In this document: positions 57,764 through 64,000 of the stretch, piece after piece | Layout: each line of letters opens with the position of its first letter | Numbering within the stretch: the stretch's first letter is position 1 | Origin: Armatimonadota bacterium | GTDB taxonomy: Bacteria; Armatimonadota; SYMT01 | Direction of reading: 5' to 3' | Assembly: GCA_046292385.1 (NCBI GenBank) | Contig: JBKBRF010000033.1 | Span: 1-64,000, forward strand | Length of the DNA: 64,000 nucleotides | The notes under the pieces: model-generated | What the model was told of the DNA's origin: nothing | Seen by the model: the letters and a program-made list of their open reading frames with translations, nothing else | Databases searched by the model: none | Position numbers and translations under genes: made by a program

Positions 57764-59605
57764 CTATTCCGCTCCCACCTCCGCCAGCTCGCGCTCCCGC
57801 TGGCGGACCACCTCCTCTTGCTCCTGCGCCTCTTCCAGGCGGGCCTGCAGGTTCCAGAGCTTGGCGTAAAGACCGCCATGGGCGAGGAGCTCGTCGTGGG
57901 TGCCGGCTTCGGCGATGTGCCCGTGCTCCAGCACGTAGATCACGTCGCTGTCCACGATGGTGGAGAGCCGGTGCGCGATGACGATCGTGGTGCGGCCGCG
58001 GGCGAGCTGGTCCAGGGAGGCCTGGATGATCTTCTCGCTGTGGGAGTCGAGGTTGGAGGTCGCCTCGTCAAAGACCAGGATCTTCGGGTCGCGGACCACG
58101 GCCCGCGCGATGGCGACCCGCTGCTTCTCCCCGCCGGAGAGCTTCAGGCCGCGCTCGCCGACCACCGACTCGTAGCCTTCCGGAAGGCGCTGGATGAAGT
58201 CGTGGATGTTCGCCAGCCGGCAGGCGGCTTCGATCTCCGCCTGGGTGGCGTCCGGCTTGCCGAAGCGGATGTTGGCGGCAATCGTGTCGTTGAAGAGCAC
58301 CGGCTCCTGCGGCACGATGGCGAAGACTTCCCGCCGCGTCTCCGCGGAGAGGTCGCGCAGGTCGACCCCGTCGATCCGGATCCGTCCTTCCGACGGATCG
58401 TGGAAGCGGAAGAGGAGCTTGACGAGCGTCGACTTCCCCGCGCCGGAGGGGCCGACCACCGCCACGCGCGCGCCGGGCGGGATCGCCAGGTCGAGCCCCT
58501 GCAGCACGCCCGCGCGGCCCGCGTAGTTGAAGGTGACCTCCTCGAAGCGCACCTCGCCGCGCGGCTGCGGCAGCGGCACCGGGCGCGCCGGCTCCTGCAC
58601 CGTGATCGGGTTGTTGAAGATGCGGCCCATCTCGTCCAGGTCCGCGATGCCGTCCTTGATGCCGCGGTAGATCATGCCCAGCACGCCGATCGGTGTGGAG
58701 AGGCGCACCACGTAGGTGGTGAGCAGCACGAGGTCGCCGATCGTGAGCAGCCCGGCGGCGGCCTGCCGGATGGCGAGGTAGAGGATCGAGCCGAGCCCGA
58801 CCAGGATGATCGCGCCCTGCCCCGCCGAGATCGCGGAGTAGAGGCGGTTGGAGAGCACGGAGAGGTCGTACCAGCGGCGGATCCCCTCGCCGAAGCGGTC
58901 CATCCGCAGCCGCTCGTTATTGAAGTACTTGACCGTCTCAATGTTGGTGATGCTGTCGATCTGGACGCCGCTCGCCTCGTCGTCGGCGATGTTCGCGTTG
59001 AGGCGGAAGATCTGGCGCTTCTCCGTGGTCCAAATCGTGAAAGCGGTGTAGACCACCACCGTCGCCAGCGTGATCAGGCCGTAGCTGCCCGGATAGAGCT
59101 TGAGGAGCAGGGCGGAGACGAAGACGAGCTCCACCAGCACCGGCAGGATGTTCATCACCAGGAAGTCGAGGATCCAGGTGATGGAGCGGGTGCCGCGGCC
59201 GATCTTCCGGGCGAGTGCGCCGGTCTTCTGCTCCGCGTGGTAGGAGACCGGGAGCCGGAGCAGGTAGTCGAACACCGTCTCGCCGACCCGCCGCCCCACC
59301 CCGATCTGCACCGGCGCGAAGATCCAGTCGCGTGCGAACTCGCCGATGATCGTGATCACCCGCAGGCCGAAGTAGAACCAGACGGCATTCATGATGACGG
59401 AGAGCGGGTCTCGGGCGCCGATGCCGTCGATCACCTTCTTCAGGTAGAGCGGGTCCGCCGTCGCCGCCGCCCGCGCCAGGGCGAGGAAGAGGAGCGTCGC
59501 CGCGATGCGCGGGCCGTAGCCGCGGAAGCACGCCCAGAGATAGCTCCAGTCGGTCTTCCCCGTCGCGCCCGGCCGCCCGTTCACCCGCTCTTCTGCCGCC
59601 GCCAT
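57764..59605 (-). CDS. ABC transporter ATP-binding/permease, Atm1/HMT1 type
   Basis: DSITNIETVKYFNNE, GPSGAGKST, VGERGLKLSGGEKQRVAIAR, FDEATS. Confidence 0.93.
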   Translation of the reverse strand: MAAAEERVNGRPGATGKTDWSYLWACFRGYGPRIAATLLFLALARAAATADPLYLKKVIDGIGARDPLSVIMNAVWFYFGLRVITIIGEFARDWIFAPVQIGVGRRVGETVFDYLLRLPVSYHAEQKTGALARKIGRGTRSITWILDFLVMNILPVLVELVFVSALLLKLYPGSYGLITLATVVVYTAFTIWTTEKRQIFRLNANIADDEASGVQIDSITNIETVKYFNNERLRMDRFGEGIRRWYDLSVLSNRLYSAISAGQGAIILVGLGSILYLAIRQAAAGLLTIGDLVLLTTYVVRLSTPIGVLGMIYRGIKDGIADLDEMGRIFNNPITVQEPARPVPLPQPRGEVRFEEVTFNYAGRAGVLQGLDLAIPPGARVAVVGPSGAGKSTLVKLLFRFHDPSEGRIRIDGVDLRDLSAETRREVFAIVPQEPVLFNDTIAANIRFGKPDATQAEIEAACRLANIHDFIQRLPEGYESVVGERGLKLSGGEKQRVAIARAVVRDPKILVFDEATSNLDSHSEKIIQASLDQLARGRTTIVIAHRLSTIVDSDVIYVLEHGHIAEAGTHDELLAHGGLYAKLWNLQARLEEAQEQEEVVRQRERELAEVGAE

Positions 59606-59744
59606 ACCGTCTCCCCACGCCTGCGCGCTTGCTGCACTGCCCGTCCGGCAGTCGACCGGGGTTCAGTATAACGCTGCGGCTGACGGATGTTCGAGGCTCT
59701 CGCGGTGATTCAGGCTATCGATACGGACGCGTGCTGCATCGAAC

Positions 59745-59967
59745 TATTGCGTATTCCGTATTGCGTAGCGGAGAGCCGGGAGCGCTCGGCGAGAACATCG
59801 TGCCGGGCGAAAGGCAGCTCCAAGTGCCTCGCTCGGCACGACGTACTGGTGACGTGGGAAAGGCCTGCCGCTACGCAATACGGAATACGGAATACCAGCC
59901 GCCCGGCACGACGTCAGGTAAAGCGGGACCAGCGCTCCGCTACGCAATACGCGATACGCAATACGCC
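59745..59967. repeat. Family A hairpin element, copy 4 (right half duplicated)
   Basis: One left arm and two cggcacgacg...gctacgcaatacg right halves. Confidence 0.8.
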
Positions 59968-59982
59968 ATAATAGCTCTTGAG

Positions 59983-61380
59983 ATGATGGACCCCAAAAAG
60001 CTCCTGGAGAAGCTCCCGCGGTTCGACCGGGACAAGCCGTTCCGATTCCTGGGCCGGCGCGTGGTGCAGGCGATGGCGGAGGCGGCGACCGCCAACCTGG
60101 TGCTGGGCCAGCGCACCGCGCCCGGACAGTACCTGGTGGTGCGGCTGCTGCCGGACGCCGACACGCGCGACACCTGGGAGCAGCAGTTCGCGGAGAGCCG
60201 CCCCGCCCTGGTCCAGGAGCTGGAGCGAGAAAGCCAGGCGCGCGACATCAAGCCGCGCTCCGCCCTGGCGATCGACCTGGTCGCCATGACCGACGCCGAG
60301 GCGGAGCGCGGGGAGGCGGAGCGGGCGCTCTCCACCGTGCTGGAGGGCGACGACCTCACCGCCGCCCTGGCGCAGCTCCGGGAAGAGCGGGAGGTGATCC
60401 TGCCGCGCCGGGTCCGGACGCTGCTGCTGGAGAGCGAGCCGAAGGAGGCGCAGGCCTACGTCGACCACCGCCCGGTCGGAGTCACGCCGTGCCGGGTGGA
60501 GGACATCGGCGAAGGGGAGCACGTCATCACCCTCTCCCGTCCCGGGTTCCTGCTCCACGAGGAAACCTACCGCGTGGAGCCGGGCCGGCCGGGACAGAAG
60601 CTGGTCTACCGGGCGCGCCTGCAGCCGGAGCCGGACATGGGGGTGCTGGAGGTGAAAAGCTTCCCGCCCGGCGCCCAGGTGACGGTGGGAGCCGAGACCC
60701 GCGTGGCGCCCGCGCGCCTGCGCCTGCCGGCCGGACCGCTGGAGGTGCGGGTCGAGATGGAGGAGTACGAGCCGCAGACGCTGCAGGTGGAGCTTCCGCC
60801 TTCCGGCGAGGAGCGCCCGCACCGGCTGCAGGTGCGCCTCCGCTACCAGGGGCCGCAGAAGGACGAGATCGCGGCGCGGCTCATCATCTACAAGCCGGGC
60901 ACCTTCGCCCCCGCACCCGTGCCGGAGCGGCCGGAGCGGCCGGAGAACCGGATCAGCAGCTTCTTCCGGGATGTGGACGAGGACCTCGACCGCACGCAGG
61001 AATGGGACCTCTCGCCCGCGGAGCCGGCGCCCAGTCCGGAGCCGGAAGTGCTGGCGGAGCGGCCGCTGCGCCGCGGGGTGATCCTGATCGGCCGGGAGGA
61101 TCCCCGCGCGGAGCTGGTCCCGGACATCCGCCTCTTCGACGCGGAGAACAGCGTCTCCCGCGGCTGCCACGCCTGGCTCTGGATCTACGCGGACAAGTCG
61201 ACCGGCGCCACCTACAACACGCTCCTGATCGGCAACAACAGCCCCGCCGGGATCCGGGTGGACGGGCAGCTCGTGATGGAGACCCGCCGCCTCTCCGAGG
61301 ATTCCGAGATCGAGATCGGCAACTTCCGCATGCGGGTGGTGAAGGAGGTGCCGGAGGCATGGGTGGAGATCGACCTGTAA
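59983..61380 (+). CDS. FhaA-like protein: DUF3662-like N-domain + two PEGA + FHA
   Basis: LESEPKEAQAYVD..VGVTP (PEGA), VKSFPPGAQV (PEGA), ILIGRE..SVSRGCHA..IEIG (FHA). Confidence 0.75.
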   Translation: MMDPKKLLEKLPRFDRDKPFRFLGRRVVQAMAEAATANLVLGQRTAPGQYLVVRLLPDADTRDTWEQQFAESRPALVQELERESQARDIKPRSALAIDLVAMTDAEAERGEAERALSTVLEGDDLTAALAQLREEREVILPRRVRTLLLESEPKEAQAYVDHRPVGVTPCRVEDIGEGEHVITLSRPGFLLHEETYRVEPGRPGQKLVYRARLQPEPDMGVLEVKSFPPGAQVTVGAETRVAPARLRLPAGPLEVRVEMEEYEPQTLQVELPPSGEERPHRLQVRLRYQGPQKDEIAARLIIYKPGTFAPAPVPERPERPENRISSFFRDVDEDLDRTQEWDLSPAEPAPSPEPEVLAERPLRRGVILIGREDPRAELVPDIRLFDAENSVSRGCHAWLWIYADKSTGATYNTLLIGNNSPAGIRVDGQLVMETRRLSEDSEIEIGNFRMRVVKEVPEAWVEIDL

Positions 61381-62873
61381 ATCGCCGGCGGGTGCTGAAG
61401 GGAGCGCTCGCCACCGGCTTCGCCGCGGCCGTGCCGCGCCTGGCCTCCGCCGCGCCGGAGCCCCGCCGCCGGCCGGAGCTGATCCGGGAGGAGAACGCCC
61501 GCCAGGGTACCCGCGACTGGCTCCTCACCCGCACCGGGATCGACCCGAAAACCCGCTACCGCTGTCCCTGGATCGAGGGCTACTGCTCCCGCGCTTCCGT
61601 CGCGGCGGGCGAGACGCTGGAGATCATGGTCAGCGCCAACCCCGCCTCCCCCTTCCGGATCGACGTCTACCGGCTGGGCTACTACGGCGGCACCGGAGCG
61701 CGTCACCTGGAGACGCTCGGCCCCTTCAAGGGAGAGCCGCAGCCGGACCCGCCGGAGGGGGAAGGGCGCCTCCGGGAGTGCGCCTGGGAGCCCGCCGTGC
61801 GGCTGCGGATTCCGGAGGAGTGGCCGAGCGGCGTCTACCTCGGCAAGCTCACCGCGGAACGGGAGGGCTGGCAGAGCTACGTGATTTGGATCGTGCGGGA
61901 CCACCGCCCGGCCGACTTCCTCTTCCAGTGCAGCACCAACACCTGGCACGCCTACAACCGCTGGCCGAGCCAGTTCTCCCTCTACGACGACGGCAAGAAG
62001 GAATGGTACTGGGGACCGGACGTGCGGATCAGCTACGACCGCCCCTACGGCAAGTACTGCCAGATCTTCGACGCGCCGCTCTCCACCGGCTCCGGGGAGT
62101 TCCTGCTCTGGGAATTCCCGCTCGCCTACTGGATGGAGCAGCAGGGCTACGACGTCTCCTACATCACCAACGTGGAGACGCACGCGGAGCCGGAGACGCT
62201 GCTGCGCGGTCGCGCCTTCCTCTCCGTGGGACACGACGAGTACTGGTCGCGGGAGATGTACCGCAACGTGAAGCGCGCGCTGGATGCCGGGGTGCACGGC
62301 GGCTTCCTCTGCGGGAACAGCGTCTACGGAATCACCCCGATGAGCCCCAGCAGCAAAGGGGTGCCGCACCGCACCCTCACGCGCACCGGCATCTTCGGGC
62401 CGATGGACCCGCGCTACGTGCCCGGCTGGCCGGAGATGGAGCGCTTTACGGAGAACGGACCGAACGAAGCCCTGCTGATGGGCGCCCGCAGCGTGTGGCC
62501 CACAACGGGCGGAGGGCCCTGGGTCTGCTCGAAGGAAGACCACTGGCTCTTCGAAGGCACCGGGATGAAGAACGGCGACGGCATTCCGGGGCTGGTCGGC
62601 TGGGAGTTCCACGGCGCGCCGGCCGAGCTGCCGGGGCTGGAAGTGGTGAGCACCGGGAAGACGAGCGGCGGACGGGAAGACGGGACGTACACCAGCGTGC
62701 TCTTCCCCGGCGCGAAGGGCAACCTGATCTTCAACGCCGCCACGATCTGGTGGGGCGACGGGCTCTCCGAGCCGCCCGGCTACGTGCGTCCGAAAGTCTA
62801 CACCGAGCCGAAAGGGCCGGACCCGCGGGTCCAGCGGATTACGCGCAATCTCTTCGAGCGGTTCCGCGGTTGA
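61359..62873 (+). CDS. Tat-secreted N,N-dimethylformamidase beta-subunit-family (DUF6605) protein
   Basis: NRRRVLKG Tat signal; IEGYCS, YRLGYYGG.GAR, TWHAYN, SYDRPY, SVGHDEYWS. Confidence 0.85.
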   Translation: MGGDRPVNRRRVLKGALATGFAAAVPRLASAAPEPRRRPELIREENARQGTRDWLLTRTGIDPKTRYRCPWIEGYCSRASVAAGETLEIMVSANPASPFRIDVYRLGYYGGTGARHLETLGPFKGEPQPDPPEGEGRLRECAWEPAVRLRIPEEWPSGVYLGKLTAEREGWQSYVIWIVRDHRPADFLFQCSTNTWHAYNRWPSQFSLYDDGKKEWYWGPDVRISYDRPYGKYCQIFDAPLSTGSGEFLLWEFPLAYWMEQQGYDVSYITNVETHAEPETLLRGRAFLSVGHDEYWSREMYRNVKRALDAGVHGGFLCGNSVYGITPMSPSSKGVPHRTLTRTGIFGPMDPRYVPGWPEMERFTENGPNEALLMGARSVWPTTGGGPWVCSKEDHWLFEGTGMKNGDGIPGLVGWEFHGAPAELPGLEVVSTGKTSGGREDGTYTSVLFPGAKGNLIFNAATIWWGDGLSEPPGYVRPKVYTEPKGPDPRVQRITRNLFERFRG

Positions 62874-62922
62874 GAGCGACCGGGAGCGGCGCTCACCGCC
62901 GCTCCCGTGGTCCCGCTCCGGA

Positions 62923-63576
62923 TTACGAGGCGGAGGCGACCATGGCCCGGACCGCCTCTGGGTGGGGGTGTGCCACCGGTCCGCGGCTGTGCTGCTGCAG
63001 CGCGTGATCCGGTTCCGGCTTCTCCGGCGCTGCGTGGTGCGCCGCTACCGGCCGGCGCACGGTCGGCACCGTCTCGTAGACGAGCGCCTTGGTCCGATCC
63101 ACCTCCAGGTTCGCCCGGCCGAGGATGGCGCTGATCGGGATCGGTCCGAAGGTGCGGCTGTCCTCCGAGTTGTGGATGTTGTCGCCCACCACGAAGACGG
63201 AGTCTTCCGGGATCGTGGTCTCGCAGACCCGGATCGCGCTGATGCCGCCCTCGTACCGCCGCCGCATCTCATCCTCGCGGTTCTCGCGGATCGCCGCCAG
63301 CCACTCGCCGCCGACTTCCAGATAGCTCAGCTTCTCGCCGGGCCCGCGGTAGACCCGCTTGATGTAGGTCTCGCCACCCAGCCGGAAGACCACCACCTCG
63401 CCGCGCTGCGGCTTGTGGGTCTGGTAGTAGAGCCGGTCCACCAGGAGCACCTGTCCGTTGTCGAGGGTCGGCTTCATCGATTCGCCGAGCACCACCGTGG
63501 GGCTGAACAGGTTGCCGAAACCGTAGATCGCCGCGGCGACCACGCCGAGCGCGAGCAGTCTTCGCTGCCGGGTCAT
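62923..63576 (-). CDS. lepB: Signal peptidase I
   Basis: GESMKPTL, YIKRV, FVVGDN..NSEDSR.FGPI. Confidence 0.92.
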   Translation of the reverse strand: MTRQRRLLALGVVAAAIYGFGNLFSPTVVLGESMKPTLDNGQVLLVDRLYYQTHKPQRGEVVVFRLGGETYIKRVYRGPGEKLSYLEVGGEWLAAIRENREDEMRRRYEGGISAIRVCETTIPEDSVFVVGDNIHNSEDSRTFGPIPISAILGRANLEVDRTKALVYETVPTVRRPVAAHHAAPEKPEPDHALQQHSRGPVAHPHPEAVRAMVASAS

Positions 63577-63686
63577 TCCAGGTTCCTCTTTTACCAATCG
63601 TCCGGGTGACTTGCTGATTATCTGCGAGACCGGTCCGCATCTTGAGGCCGGGGAGCCCGCCTGTGAGCGAGACCACACGACCCCCG

Positions 63687-63695
63687 TGCTATAAT
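63687..63695 (+). promoter_or_regulatory. Extended -10 element for kdsC
   Basis: TGCTATAAT about 70 bp upstream of the ATG. Confidence 0.55.
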
Positions 63696-63765
63696 CCCCC
63701 TGCTCACCCGCTTTTCGGGAGATGAAGCCGGTCTCTCTTCGAACAGCTCTTACCCATCCCCGGTC

Positions 63766-64000
63766 ATGCTTAACGCGTCCTTAGGATCGAAGTTGCGGAG
63801 AATCCGCTTGCTGGCCATGGATGTCGACGGCGTGCTGACCGACGGCCGCATCGGCTGGGCGGCCGACGCGGCGGGCGCGCTCACGGAGCTAAAGAGCTTC
63901 AACGTAAAGGACGGCCTGGGGATCAGCGTGGCGCTGGCGGCCGGACTCCACGTGGCGTGGATCACCGGCCGTCTCTCCCCCATCGTGGAGCGGCGCGCCC
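63766..64000 (+). CDS. kdsC: KDO 8-phosphate phosphatase (HAD family), truncated by the window end
   Basis: Hand translation: IRLLAMDVDGVLTDG...KSFNVKDGLGI...WITGR. Confidence 0.88.
   Translation, partial: MLNASLGSKLRRIRLLAMDVDGVLTDGRIGWAADAAGALTELKSFNVKDGLGISVALAAGLHVAWITGRLSPIVERRA

Noticed and set aside
47574..59967. Family A, B and C repeats as a CRISPR array
   Set aside because: They are dispersed inverted elements without repeat-spacer periodicity, and no cas genes are present

Overview
High-GC bacterial DNA, most likely Armatimonadota. That assignment is an inference from the DUF1559/H-X9-DG prepilin-like gene and the general gene style. Most of the window is backbone and metabolic genes: ktrBA, hpnC, DUF72, mutS2, mtlD, a sugar-binding protein, yjbQ, a 2976-aa cyclic beta-1,2-glucan synthase, a GT4, tatD, hydantoinase A, a rhomboid, an Atm1-type ABC transporter, lepB and kdsC. 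The main find is an accessory block (~12.7-26.3 kb) at the 3' side of tRNA-Lys(TTT), next to a likely tyrosine-integrase remnant. It encodes a SARP(BTAD)-AAA_35 activator and a membrane-anchored AAA_35-WD40 protein. Three promoters in the block share one architecture: four (C/T)GAGAG-type direct repeats at offsets 0/11/37/48, with a TACAKT -10 box exactly 10 bp away. They sit upstream of the AAA_35-WD40 operon, a secreted Kelch-Ig protein and a secreted vanadium-haloperoxidase-like gene. This suggests a paired-NTPase signalling system with a readable regulon. Other points: many intergenic gaps hold hairpin elements built from different 7-8-mer tandem units, several ending right at start codons; a ~220-bp MITE-like element occurs twice; rloA is intact but rloB is broken around a REP doublet; and there is a Nat1/Sat-like streptothricin acetyltransferase. 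No CRISPR array or rRNA was seen.
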